A stretch of 64,000 nt of DNA from the NCBI GenBank assembly GCA_030390025.1, contig CM059432.1:148368001-148432000 (forward strand). The letters are read 5' to 3'. Both the position numbers and the translations under genes were made by a program. Source of the stretch: Squalus acanthias (taxonomy: Eukaryota). The notes under the pieces were generated by a model, which was not told where the DNA came from, made no database searches, and was given only the letters and a program-made list of their open reading frames with translations. Of this stretch, positions 1-12,972 are shown in pieces (position 1 is the stretch's first letter; the number at the start of each line of letters is the position of its first letter).

Positions 1-1568
1 TGGTGACCAGAACTGGATGCAATACTCCAGTTGTGGCCTAACCAGCGCTTTACAATTTCTGGAAATGTGTGAAAATGTTGTTGAAACCATGTTTAGCCTC
101 TTCAGTGGAGGAGAATCCTTCCTATTACAGACAACAAACTCAAGCGCATGAGTACAAGACACAAAACTAGATCCTCAAAAAAAAGGCCATTCGAAACCAG
201 TTGGTTAGTAACGGAAGTAAGAAGTAGCCATTGTTGGTCACCAGCATTAACGCTGTTTGAATATCAGATACCCTCATTGTGACATATTTGCCCGTAACAT
301 TATTAGGAGGCGGCCGGTGATCACTTTGTCCTTTGACTGGAAAGGTTATGTCTTATAAATGTATATATTCTGAGTTTTATTACTACCTAAAAGTAATATG
401 CAACAGTATTTCATCTTCCTAAACTGGACCGCTAGTTAATATACCATAATTGAATATTATACAGAGCTTTCTTTGTGGAATGTGGTAACATCTTTCAAAA
501 CAAACCCATCCCACATAAATGAACAAAGGATAACTAAGGAATGATTCGCCAAGCAGCTGATGCAGGAGTCAAATGAGATGTGCTCCTCTCATTAAATTGA
601 AATCGTGTCCTCGTATCACATGGCTTACATAGAGTAGGGGTGTCCAAACAGTGACCCCCGAACCCTGGCAATCAGCCCTTAAAGATCAGGCATCTCCATC
701 CTATTTGCACTTATATTTCTTTCTTGTCCTGTTTGAATTTTGTGGGTTGTCTCATTGGTGGATCAATCCTAAATCAGAACACCTGTTAGTATCAGCAACG
801 CAAGATATATGTGCAAATTAATAGAAACATGAATTTAAACCTGGCCTCTCGGCGAGGCTCCATGGTCGACAGCTTGAAGATAAAAGCTTGGACACCCTGA
901 CGCAGAAAATGTATTACATTCAGCCTGGTTCCTTTGGACTGTAGGTGCCATCAGCAGCAGATCAGTGCCTGCTGTGTTCAGGGGAATTTTACACTGAAGG
1001 ACAATGCACCGGAGAAGTGTGACGTGATCGGGACCTCGATTCTGCCATAATACTGCAAAAGTAACCTGAACTTACATAGAGGTGGGGATATAACCTGAAA
1101 TGGGGGCGAGTCAATAGCTCAAATAGTAATGGCCTCATCTTCCAAGATAAAGTTTGGAGTCCAACTCCCTCCCTTGACTGATAATCAAGACACAAACTCC
1201 AGCCCCAAACTCCATAGGGCAGAATTTCCACTTGGTGAAGTTCTCATTATATGCTTGTAGTACAGGACTAATCCTGTGATCCCACACTCTCCACGGGAGT
1301 TAGAGCATCAACACCTTATTCCTGATTCTCTGACCTGTACTTCTGCAATCATGGGATTAGCTCATACTTTCCAGGGCGCACTATTTTTGCACAGGCATTA
1401 ACCAGTTTCTTTTATTATTATAAAAATGGCAGCACCAACTCCATTTTATAGAAAGCACCTCTTCTAGCCAATCATCAAGCAGCATCAAGGAGCCTTCGAC
1501 CATTCGTGTCATTCTATAAAAGAGCAAGAAACTGACTTTTCAGAAAAAAAACTAACCCCCAGTATTTT

Positions 1569-2420
1569 AAACATAGAAGATAGGAGCAGGAGTAGGCCAT
1601 TCGGCCCCTCGAGCCTGTTCCGCCATTCAATGCGATCATGGCTGATCATCCAAATTCAGTACCCTGTCCCTGCTTTCTCCCCATATCCCTTGATCCCTTA
1701 GCCTTAAGAAATATATCTAACTCCTTCTTGAATATATTTAATGAATTGGCCTCAACTGCCTTGTGTGGTAGAGAATTCCACAGGTTCACCACTCTCTGGG
1801 TGAAGAAATTCCTCCTCATCTCAGTCCTAAATGGCTTACCCCTTATCCTTAGACTGTAACCCCTGGTTCTGGACTCCCCCGCCATCGGGAACATCCTTCC
1901 TGCATCTAGTCTGTCTAGTCCTGTTAGAATTTTATAAGTTTCAATGAGATCCCCTCTCATTCTTCTAAACTCTAGCGAATATAAGCCTAATCGACCCAAT
2001 CTCTCCTCATACGTCATTCCTGCCATCCCAGGTATCAGTCTGGTGAATCTTCGCTGCACTCTCTCCATGGCAAAAACATCCTTCCTCAGATAAGGTGACC
2101 AAAATACTCTCACAATACTCAGGCCCTGTACAACTGCAGCAAGACATGCTTGCTCCTGTACTCGAATCCTCTCGCTATGAAGGCCAACATACCATTTGCC
2201 TTCTTAACCACCTGCTGCACTTGCATGCTTACCTTCAGCGACTGGTGCACAAGGACACCCTGGTCTCGTTGCACTTCCCCTTTTCCCACTCTATTGCCGT
2301 TCAGATAATAATCTGTCTTCCTGTTTTTGCCACCGAAGTGGATAACCTCACATTTATCCACATTATACTGCATTTGCCATGCATCTGCCCAATCACCCAA
2401 CCTGTCCAAATCATACTGGA
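1569..2420 (-). mobile_element. CR1 LINE 3' fragment
   Basis: ORFs 2119-2409 and 1646-2113 encode CR1 RT C-terminal motifs (WQMQYNVDKCEVIHFG, RNFFTQRVVNLWNSLP). CR1-type 3' tail near 1570. Confidence 0.9.
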
Positions 2421-3739
2421 GTTTTTCATATCACATTTAAGACAGGGCTGAGAATGGTCAACTTAGACCACAGACTGAAGGTCCCATTAACCTGCACGTT
2501 TAAAATCAGTATACCATGATCTCTTGCACCACATCAACATCAACGTTTCCGGTTTATGTATCCAGAACAGGAAATGGCCATCAGGCCCATAACCTGCTCA
2601 CCCTTATCATTCTCATTTACCAACCCTCCCTTTCCCCATAGCTCCCAGCAGAAGCAAAAAACATTGCAAATAATGCAGATTGAATCAGTTCTGACTCCAC
2701 TTAAGAAAGGTTACCTTGCTCACCTATTGCTGCACCGCAGCTCCTGAGTTCCTACGTCCCCTTTCAATTTCCCACTGTGTCTTCAGTTCTTTACTATCAT
2801 TAAAAATGTCTGCACCAATCGGAGACCAGCAATATTTGAATATTCATTCATGGACTTCATCTCCTTTCTCTCAGTGGCATTACTGCAGCTGTCCTCTCAC
2901 ATTGCTGTTATAGGTGCATCTCTCTGTATTGTTTAGTGTAATATTACTGGGGCACATGAACAGCTGAAAATGTTACCATCTGCAGTTTTAAATTCAGTCA
3001 AACCATCATCACCGATTTTGTTCCAGAACTAAGCTGATGCATCCAATGACCAATCAGAGATGCTCACAACCCAAGTCTTTTGAAACTTTCAAGCACAATC
3101 AATTTAATTTTTTTTAAATATTGCAGGGGAAATGAACTCCCCTGAGTACTCAGCTCTTAACAAGTTTAGATAAGACTTTTTGATCTCATTACTTTAGAGA
3201 GTAAATTCAGAGATGTTGCAGTCTCATTCGACGGCAGAGCAGAGCAGAGCAGAGCGCAGGTAGCGTTATGTGACCAATCCGGCGAACTGAGCTCCCTTAA
3301 GTGAGGCTCCGGAAACATCACTGAAATTATCCTCATCTGTAATACAGCCCTGCATAAAACAGTGTGAAGAAAGGCAATGAATAACCTGCTAAAATCACTG
3401 TACAACAGAACACATATGCTTGTGACGTGACAACACAGTAAACTTCCACACACTTAGGTCACAATGCTCTCACCGGTGTCATGTTGTCGTTTTGCACACA
3501 GACCCAAGGAAGCTTTTTATACCATTAGGTCGCCAGAAAGGTCGAGATTCAGTAAATCAAACTAAAGATCACTTTTAACTGCTCTATTAAGGAGGGTTTC
3601 ATGGACAATAACGCAATCCTGAAGTCAGGTAAAATGCACAAACCATAGGAGTGCCCCTCTCAATTGTGTTATCACCTGCAAATGCTTTCCCCATTACTTT
3701 CCGTAGCATGTAAGTGATTTTTACCCCTCAGCTCTGCTA

Positions 3740-3970
3740 TTGGCCGGCACCTGGGCCCTGCCCTCTTCAGCTTCCTCCTAAACCCTTCCACCTTGCTTCC
3801 TCCTCTGCTTTCAGAAGCCTTTTAAAAGTCCTCCTTTTCGGCTGAGTTTTCAGCTCCAGTCCTTAGCTCCTTCCTTTGTTTTCTCCTTCCTTTCTCCCCT
3901 CACTCTGTGAGGAAGCTGCAACGTCTTTTTGTGTGTAAGGAGTGTTTTAGGAATGAAAGTTGTTGTTATA
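3740..3970 (+). mobile_element. Degenerate L2-clade LINE 3' end
   Basis: Resembles the L2 tails at 33018-33440 and 16026-16465 and ends in TTGTTGTT. Confidence 0.5.
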
Positions 3971-3974
3971 CCTG

Positions 3975-4345
3975 CATGCATGGGGGGGGTTTTGTTTTCC
4001 TCCTTTCCTCATCAATTTTCTCCCATCTCTCCCGAATGTGTTGAGTCTTTGCCTGCATACGTTTCCAGAGGTACTGCTTGTCCTCCGGCACCTCAGACAA
4101 ATGGTCATTATTCCTGTCTTAAGCCTCGACAGTTGAGTGTCAGTCGGCTATTCAACTGCTGGAGAGCATTACAGCCAGGCTTGATCCTGTCCGCATCCAA
4201 CAGCCACACATGGCACACTTTCATCAGGGGGTCGCTAGATAGTGACCTGGTACAGAAACCCTGGCCCATGTTCTCTGATCTAACCCAGGAGCACTAAGCC
4301 CAATAGTGACTCCTCTGCCGATCCCCACTCTCCCCACCAGGCTGG
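3975..4345 (-). mobile_element. Old SINE-like repeat, same family as 36470-36830
   Basis: Reverse complement aligns by eye to 36590-36800. Confidence 0.45.
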
Positions 4346-5015
4346 AAGTATTGTTTGTATAGTATACAACATTGCAAGATCATTGTTTCAGACAGTAGAT
4401 GATGGAAAATAGCTTGCTGCAAAGTGCAAAGAATATACAGTACTGAAAGGGTTAGATAACTCTGCATGTGGTCATGAATTTTCATCATCAAGATTGACCT
4501 TACTGCAAAGACCTTCAGATAAAATAGCTTCTTCATCAACTTGTCGTCACTCAGGCTCTGAGCAAGACATCAGTGCAGTGAGTGTGTTATAGAACTGGAT
4601 AAGAGTAAATTATATTTAGATAAAAATATAAAGGAATAAACATTTTGGACAAACATGTTCTTCTCTTATAAAAATATCTGTTTCTCTTTACTGAACACAC
4701 AAAGAGAATTCAATCCCCTGAGGGTCGTATTGTTGTAAATCCCATTCTGCTCCATCTTGAGTCTGCGTTCTCCACAGCACTTTGCTTTCTGAAGTTCATT
4801 GATGTGTTTTAAAGGAAGTCTAAGCATCACCCAGCAGATCTTCTGTCTGCGGCGCCTGCCTCAGGAATGCTTCCAGCAGTTGAATTACACGAATACACAA
4901 TTATCAGGTCTCCGAAAAATCTGGAGAAGGATTCCCTCTTCCACATATGGAAGACTCAGGAGCAGGATCACGATGGCTGTCCGATGCATGTCACATGACT
5001 CAATTATCTGGCAGC

Positions 5016-5114
5016 TCACTGGTCTTTTTGAACCCAGTCCCAACTTTCTTCACTGTCCTTTCTGTTCTTCTCAGCTTCAATGATTTCTTTGTATCTTCGA
5101 CGAAAGAAGCCCAT
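5016..5114 (-). CDS. ITGA9: Integrin alpha-9 last coding exon, cytoplasmic tail MGFFRRRYKEIIEAEKNRKDSEESWDWVQKDQ* (not in the ORF track)
   Basis: TAG acceptor at 5117-5115 after a T-rich tract. GFFRR variant of the integrin-alpha GFFKR motif. TGA stop at 5018-5016. Confidence 0.97.
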   Translation of the reverse strand: MGFFRRRYKEIIEAEKNRKDSEESWDWVQKDQ

Positions 5115-5311
5115 CTAGACAAAAAAAGAAAAAAGTGGAATGGATAAGGGCCCAAGATGATTATACACAGTATTGGAATGATTTACAACAGTTTAGTTGT
5201 GGCAAATGTAATTGCGATCAATAAAGGCCTTTCACCCTCGCATTCTGTTGTTTGCGGTTACTCATTCTTGGAGGTTATGGTGTAACTCAGCAGCACTAGC
5301 CCAATCATATT

Positions 5312-7101
5312 GGTCGGAAATTTCTTTACCTGGGCGGGTCTGGGTGGGCGGTGGCCATGGCGGGTCGCGACCCCACTGCTGTCTCCATCCCGCTGCTGAA
5401 AATGAACTTACCTTAATGGGCCCTATTAAGCCCCGTCCAGTGTGTTACCCGGCCCAATGAGATGGAGCGGGTCTGGTGACGTCTTCATGACGCGTTTTCA
5501 GCCGAGATCTTTAAAGGGACCATGGCCACATTAGATTTGAAGGTTAATCTAACATAGTGCTGTCAGTGTTCTACAGCATTGAGGTGCTGCAAACACCGAC
5601 AATCACTGCACAGAGGTACAGGGCTGCACCCAGGTTCGCCCATGACTCCCTCCCTATGCTTATGGAGGGAGTCAGAGCACATAGGTATGTCCTCTTCCCT
5701 TCCCATGTGTGGAAGGGACCTCCCCAGGAGACCAGGACAGCCTGGTTGTAGTTTGCAGAGGAGGTCACAAGCAGGGATGTGGTCAGGAGGACCAGGCTGC
5801 AGTGCCGCAAACGTTTCAATGATCTCAGTAGATCAGGAAACATTAGTACAAAGCCACACTCAACCTCATCCTGCTGTGCCTCTCATCACATCCCCATCAT
5901 CATCTGCCTTCCCTACCCTACTCCTGCACATCTTTACTCACATCAACATACCTTGCACGTCCACCCATCCCTCTCTATCTACATTATCACATCCCCATCT
6001 CACTAGCCACTCCTCACACTCACCCTCATCCTAGTGTAATCATACCAACTAACAACACACAAGGGTAGCCACTTGGGTGTTTTATCCAATGCTCATGTAA
6101 AGTTTCTGTTAATGCAGTGTCAAACATAAAAAATCGTTATTTTCAACACTTTCAGGTCTTGGACAGATTTGGGTGCACCTTTGGAAGTGGCTTAGTGAGT
6201 TGCAATGAATGGTGAGACATAATGGCACTCCCCGCAATGGTGATGAGTGTGAAAGGAATGGCTTGGGCATTGCAGGGTTGCTTTATGGTGTTGTTGTGGG
6301 GTGGTGCCAACATCATGTGGCAGCCATATGTGTGTACAGCGTAAAGTTGACTAAATCTAGCCATGATGAGGCCATCCCCTGGCCTCCTGGGCAGCAATGT
6401 GCTCGAGTGCTGATGCCCTCTGTCCTGTGCAGCATCAGTTGATTGCGGAGAAGGTTGGTGTTGATGTTCGTGCTGCTGGTGCGCCTGGTGCTGCTGGTGT
6501 TGGGACCGATTGTGGTAGGATTCTGAGGACCAGGGTGAGACAGTATAAAGGGCACCCATGTTGATGGAATAGATGGCAGGTGAAGTAGAGATAACAGAAG
6601 CATTCTGTCAATGGTGAGAGAGTTCTTCCAATGAGGTGAGACTGGATGGAGACTTTGCTGGAAACACTTGCAGCCTGCAGAATCTGTGCTGGAAATGGAC
6701 TGAGCAACAGCTTCTGCCTGAGGAAAGTGATCATCTGTCAGGTGGGAGCTGTTACTGTACATTTGATGCTGTCAAGTAATCAGCTGGAGCAATGGCCACT
6801 GAACTCCCGCCTCAGGTTGACAGACATGGTTCCCGAGCTGCGTGAATCCCGTGGCCGTGCAGGGAAATTTAAAAAGTAAGTGGAAAATAGGCTTTTCAGT
6901 GCTTGTAAACTATCTGATAATGATTTCAATTGGGGCGCCTGCCACTGCCGGTCGGGTCGGCTCCGCGATGACAGGCGCGCCTGGGGGAAAGGCGCGTGGG
7001 GGCGGGATGACGACGGGTTCCCGACCCGCTGTCAAAAATAACAACTTTCCCACCCGACCCGCCACCGATCGCACCCGCTACCACCCCGGAAAAGTCCGGC
7101 C
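5312..7101 (+). mobile_element. Non-autonomous PIF/Harbinger element (~1.8 kb): Myb/SANT-like gene remnant (+) and transposase C-terminal remnant (-)
   Basis: Terminal inverted repeats (TIRs) GGTCGGAAATTTC / GAAAAGTCCGGCC; flanks ATT/ATC. 5610-5840 reads RAAPRFAHDSLPMLMEGVRAHRYVLFP...AWL*FAEEVTSRDVVRRTRLQCRKRFNDL. Colinear with 17728-19433. Confidence 0.85.
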
Positions 7102-7364
7102 ATCGAGTGGGCAGGTTGATTGGCATATTGGTGTTGGCATATGTTCCCCTCAGACCCCAGTGAACCCAGGTGACATCACTCGAAGGAATTATCACAAGAC
7201 AAATCAAGGTAACCCTTAGAATCAGAAGGTGAATGTGTTGCCAGAAACATTGAGCTTGAAAGGCTTGTAAAAGGAACTGCATGGTGCAGTGTTTTTGCAT
7301 ACTCTTCGGTCAAATAAATTCAAATTTAGATCAGATCAGTAGAATCTGACAGTTAGAATGGTCT

Positions 7365-7702
7365 GAGGATGTTTCCCCCTGGCTGGGGGGTCTAGGACGA
7401 GAGGTCACAGTCTCAGGATACGGGGTAGGACATTTAGGACTGAGATGAGGAGAAATTTCTTCACTCAGAGGGTGGTGAACCTGTGGAATTCTCTACCACA
7501 GAAGGCTGTGGAGGCCAAGTCACTGAATATATTTAAGAAGGAGATAGATAGATTTCTAGACACAAAAGGCATCAAGGGGTATGGGGAGAGAGCGGGAATA
7601 TGGCATTGAGATAGAGGATCAGCCATGATCATATTGAATGGCGGAGCAGGCTCGAAGGGCCGAATGGCCTACTCCTGCTCCTATTTTTCTATGTTTCTAT
7701 GT
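7365..7702 (+). mobile_element. CR1 3' end, young subfamily
   Basis: Near-identical (reverse complement) to 52287-52631, 47887-48406 and 63336-63971. Tail TTTCTATG repeats. Confidence 0.9.
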
Positions 7703-8272
7703 CCTACATGATATGAGTTTGGGCAGTTTCAGCTCAGGACCCAGCAGCCATGATGTCCCAAGTATAAAACTGCTGACAATCCAGTAAAAATTGGCAACAA
7801 CACTCAGAGAGGCAATAACAAGGGCTGTTCTACGCAGTGGAAACATTCACTCGTTAGTAACGGGTATTAGGGGCTTTTAGATTTGAGGCATATTGTTGAA
7901 ATGCAGCTGAGTGATGTTTACTGTAGTCGGTTGATCCCATACCTGACCTGGGAAGAAGACTCGATGCTGACACTAAGTACTGAAAATGGAAAATGTCCCA
8001 TTCCCCAGTGCCAACATTAATCATCTCGATAAGCATCGGAAAATATAATTGAGGAAAAAAAATTGGTGACCATCATTGTCAATGAAAGAATGCTAGGTCT
8101 ACAACAGCCTCAATTAAAACCTGCTCGGCTCCTCACACAGCCTTTGGCCATCCATTTTTTTGTTGGATTTTGGTGGTAAATTTGAGCAGACTAAATTACA
8201 GGGTAAATTCAGTGATCCCACATTTCCAGCAGGGAGTTATACCTGACAGGAACATGGGTGAGAGAATCTATT

Positions 8273-8775
8273 ACATAAGAACATAAGAAATAGGAGCAGG
8301 AGTAGGTCATTCGGCCCTTCGAGCCTGCTCCGCCATTCAATGAGATCATGGCTGATCTTCTGCCTCAAGTCCATTCACCGGCCCTATCGCCATATCCCTT
8401 GATGCCCTTACTAGTCAGAAATCTATCGACTTCTGTTTTGAATATACCCAAAGACTGAGCCTCCACAGCCCTCTGGGGTAGAGAATTCCAAAGATTCACC
8501 ACCCTCTGTGTGAAGAAATTTCTTCTCATCTCAGTCCTGAATGGCCTACCCTTTATCCTGAGGCTGTGGCCCTTGGTTCTAGACTCCCCAGCCAAGGGAA
8601 ACATTCTCCCAGCATCCACCCTATCAAGCCCTATAATAATTTTGTATGCTTCAATGAGATCCCCTCTCATTCTTCTGAATTCAAGAGAATACAGGCCTAG
8701 TTTACTCAATCTCTTCTCATACGACAGTCCCGCCATCCCAGGAATCAATCTCATGAACCTTCGTTGCACTCTCCC
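8273..8775 (-). mobile_element. CR1 3' fragment
   Basis: ORF 8365-8847 carries CR1 C-terminal motifs. Tail TTCTTATG repeats. Confidence 0.9.
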
Positions 8776-9635
8776 TTCAAGAATAGCTCCCCACTGTGAG
8801 TGCTCAATATTCCTTTTTTTTTTAGTCTGGGCTTTGTACTTGTGCACTGAGGATCATTCAGAGCTGAATGTGGCATTGATTAACAGCGACCCTTCGGTGG
8901 GCGTGTTGAAAAGTAAGGGACATGAGGAACCTTTCACACGCATGAAGTGTCTCCATTTCCACCATTTTGTTTTATGGGTCTGATGTTACATTACTTTAAT
9001 CTTTTTTTAGCAGAACTTCAAATCTTTTGACGGCATCCATGGGGAACAGAGGACAGGAGACAACCTCCGGAGCCCCTTTGCCCAGGAGCAGATTCAGATG
9101 AAATCGGACCCCAGCAGCTAAGCCTCTCCCGACATCTGGCCTCACTCTCAACTTATATGGGGAAACGTGATCTGAACTTAAAGAAATGTCTGGAAGCACA
9201 ACAATTTTCACGGTCTAAACAATTTTTTGCCATTTCCGCAAATGCCTGTTTGATCATAAATATTTTCAACCATAAATATTATTACCACCATAAAAATGAA
9301 TCAAAGTGTAGGACCATAGATATGGTTGGAAGGAGAAACCATTAACTGTTTACTGATTGGGCAATATGTGTGACAGGATTATCTTTAGTTGTGGAGAACC
9401 GAAGCTTACTTCTTGATGTTGAAGGACTTCAAGCTTCCGTGACGTTTTCCTGATAACGTTTCCTTTCTTTGAAGCGTTTATAGGGGTAACTTTCTGACTT
9501 TGTACTTAAGACAGAAAATTAGCCCTTGTGTCAAAAGATACTCTGGAAAAGCGGGAAATCTAAAAAAATAAATAACAGGCAATGCTGGAAAATGCACAGC
9601 GGGGCCGTCAGCATTTGAAACAGAAAGGAACAAAG

Positions 9636-9830
9636 TTGCACATCCGCGGGACGTCCCAAAGTGCCGGATAGCCAAAGAAATACTTTTAAAGTATAGTCAT
9701 TGTTGTAATGGAGGGAAAGGCTGCAGCCAAACTGCACACAGCAAGCTCCCAGAAACAGCAGATTTCTAGCTCACCAGATAACCTGCTTTCGGAGGTGTTG
9801 GTTGGGAGAGAAATGTTGGGTCAGGACAGA
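9636..9830 (-). mobile_element. Deu-domain SINE fragment
   Basis: Aligns to 57768-57950 and to the reverse complement of 27745-28015. Confidence 0.6.
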
Positions 9831-10293
9831 AGTCCCCTAAAGATAGACGGATGTTTTGTTAATGAAAGTTTGCAACTCAAACATTGACCTCTCCCTTTTC
9901 ATTTCAGTTGCTGACTGGCCTGCTGTATATTTCCAGCAGTTTCTGTTTTTATTTAAAGACAGTTTTATAAAATGAGAATAGCAGGACCGGCAGTGCAATC
10001 ATGTCAATATCTAGTCAATCTGTTACAAATTTCTGATAAAAAGTATTTATTTTGTGCTTATTCAGTGTCCTTAGAATTCTGCAGTGCCGTTCCGGCGGCA
10101 AGAGAATGTGGATTTTGCAAATATGTTACCAAGTAGCCTACACATGTCTTGATAAAAGTTTAACAGCAGCAACTATTAGATTTAAAAAAATATAGGACAG
10201 GCTTAGAGAATGTCATTCAAACTATGAACTTACAGTACCTGATGAGGAGGAGAGCAGAACGCAGCAGTAGAGCCCACCTAGAGCAGAGACAAT

Positions 10294-10705
10294 GGCCCGG
10301 AATTTGTGGTAGGAATAACTGTGTGGCTATCAGCGCTCACCATTATTATGCAGTAAATTGGACAGCAACTTCTGGCGTCCGTACATGTGCAGTAAAATGC
10401 GAAAATCAGTTAGTTCCTGTCCGATTTGCCCTGCTCCTCCACAAGCTGCGCTATACTGGTATCTCGCCGATAGACTCGGCATTGAAACACATGTAAGGGT
10501 GCGAATTAGTGGTACTTACCCACTAGTTACCCACTAACACGCCAGAAAAAGATGGGGCTTGTCCATTCAAGTGTAAGTGAATTTTTAACGGCGTGTTAAG
10601 TCTTAATTACTGCCAAACAACCTCTCCGGCACTGAAAATATACTTTCACAAGTGTGGTGTCTCATTTCTTCAGATTTGAATTATTGTTGTAGATTTGAAA
10701 AAAAT
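10294..10705 (+). mobile_element. Truncated Harbinger-type MITE, same family as 35596-36344
   Basis: Starts GGCCCGGAATTTG. Internal similarity to 35596-35990. Interrupted by another TIR at about 10709. Confidence 0.65.
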
Positions 10706-10708
10706 TAA

Positions 10709-11660
10709 GGCCGAGAAATTCGATTAGGTGGGAAATGGCCGGTGCCACCGTGGGCCCAAGTTAACGGCCGCCCACAAAAAGAGCGCATTTTGGTGCTGCC
10801 TGCTGATTTACATGAGCACAGAGCAAAACCTACTGTGGAAAGCGCTGTTTCGGGCGGTAGTCTCAGCAGGGGGCCCAATGTACTGTGGCCGTAATGTCCC
10901 TGGAGCGAGGCAGCGTTGTCTTAAAGCTAGTCTGTCATTTTAGAAAGCAGTGTCAATCCCTTAAAGGGGAACTGCCTTCTAAAATGAAAAATTAAAAATC
11001 ATTTAAAAATTGGCAGTCTTTAGCCCTTAGAGCTGAACTGCCTTCTGAAAAAAAAACATTAAAAATAATTCCAAAATGGCAGTCTTCAGCTCTTAAAGCT
11101 GAACTGCCTACCACACGTAAATAAATAGTAAAAGTGCTTCAGCACTAACACAAATGACTCAACAAGCCAGGGAAGGGGCACCAGGGTCTCGCACGGAGCA
11201 CTCCAGCTTTGTGCAGGGGGTCAACACAGGGGCCAGGAGGCTCTCCAGAAAGAATGATGTGGGATCAGATCACCGAGGTCATCACTGCCAGCAGTGTCAC
11301 CCCCGGGACCTGGTTCCAGTGCCCGAAGAAGTTTCATGACCTCAGACCAGTGGTCAAAGTCAGTGAATACATCTTCAAAAGCCGTCACCTACCAACTGCA
11401 CCACCAGCCTCACACACGACTACCCCCGCCACCCTCCCATCACTCACCTACCACAATCTGTACCAAACACGAGGCACACCTCCCATTCCTAGCTCCACCT
11501 CACCTCCTTGGAGGAGACGGTGCTGGCCATTCTTGGCAGGGACATGGTTGAGCCCTTGGCCAGCAGCGGGGCTGAAAGGATACAAGATACGGGTATCCTC
11601 ATATATTATCCTCCTTTTCACATCCCACTTCCCCCTCATCCCACAATATCTTCTGATTTA
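10709..11660 (+). mobile_element. Harbinger left arm with degenerate Myb/SANT-like (NAIF1/MSANTD-type) gene
   Basis: TIR-like GGCCGAGAAATTCG. 11250-11360 reads MWDQITEVITASSVTPGTWFQCPKKFHDL, and about 11500 reads LTSLEETVLAILG. Truncated by a CR1 insertion. Confidence 0.7.
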
Positions 11661-11688
11661 CAAGGTGGAAAAGAGGGATAGGAGGAGG

Positions 11689-12972
11689 ATGGCTTTGTCA
11701 GGGGGAGATCATGTCCAACCAATTTGATTGAATTTTTCGAGGGGGTGACTAGGTGTGTGGATGAGGGTAGTGCAGTTGATGTGGTCTACATGGACTTCAG
11801 TAAGGCTTTTGACAAAGTCCCACATGGGAGACTGCTCAAGAAGGTAAGAGCCCATGGGATCCAGGGCAAATTGGCACATTGGATCCAAAATTGGCTTCGT
11901 GGCAGGAGGCAGAGGGTGATGGTCGAAGGTTGATTTTGTGACTGGAAGCCTGTGTCCAGTGGTGTACCGCAGGGATCGGTGCTGGGTCCTTTGCTGTTTG
12001 TAGTCTACATTAATGATTTAGATATGAATGTAGGAGGTATGATCAGTAAGTTCGCAGATGACACGAAAATTGGTGGAGTGGTAAATAGTGAGGAGGGAAG
12101 CCTTAGGCTACAGGACGATATAGACGGATTGGTCAGATGGGCAGAACAGTGGCAAATGGAATTTAACCCTGAAAAGTGTGAGGTGATGCATTTTGGGAGG
12201 ACTAACAAGGCAAGGGAATACACAATGAATGGTAGGACCCTAGGAAGGACAGAGGATCAGAGGGACCTTGGTGTGCATGTACATAGATCCCTGAAGGCAG
12301 CAGGACAGGTAGATAAGGTGGTTAAAAAGGCATATGGGATACTTGCCTTCATTAGCCAAGGCATAGAATATAAGAGCAGGGAGGTTATGATGGAGCTGTA
12401 CAAAACGCTAGTTAGGCCACAGCTGGAATACTGTGTGCAGTTCTGGTCGCCACACTATAGGAAGGATGTGATTGCATTGGAGAGGGTGCAGAGGAGATTC
12501 ACCAGGATGTTACCTGGGTTGGAGCGCTTCAGCTACGAAGAGAGACTGGACAGGCTGGGGTTGTTTTCCTTAGAGCAGAGAAGGCTGAGGGGGGACCTGA
12601 TTGAGGTGTACAAAATTATGAGGGGCATAGATAGGGTAGATAGAAAGGAACTTTTCCCCTTAGTAGAGGGGTCAATAACCAGGGGGCATAGTTTCAAGGT
12701 AAGGGGCAGGAGGTTTAGAGGGAATTTGAGGAAAAACTTTTTCACCCAGAGGGTGGTTGGAATCTGGAACTCACTGCCTGAAAGGGTGGTAGAGGCAGGA
12801 ACCCTCACAACATTCAAGAAGCATTTAGATGAGCACTTGAAACGCCATAGCATACAAGGCTACAGACCAAGTGCTGGAAAATGGGATTAGAATAGACAGG
12901 GCTTGATGGCCGGCGCGGACACGATGGGCCGAAGGGCCTCTTTCTGTGCTGTATAACTCTATGACTCTATGA
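11689..12972 (+). mobile_element. CR1 LINE, RT domain to 3' end
   Basis: ORFs 11724-11933 and 11952-12890 contain YMDFSKAFDKVPH, GVPQGSVLGP and KFADDTK, separated by one in-frame stop. Tail ACTCTATG repeats. Confidence 0.95.

Larger units (their letters stand above)
1411..5015 (-). other. ITGA9: Probable ITGA9 3' UTR (extent uncertain)
   Basis: Directly follows the stop codon. The nearest canonical AATAAA I could see on the minus strand is 1416-1411, with another near 381-376. The true end cannot be fixed without transcripts. Confidence 0.35.

Noticed and set aside
5557..5840. Host NAIF1/MSANTD gene
   Set aside because: In-frame stop, no clear start, multiple copies, and enclosed by TIRs and a TSD.
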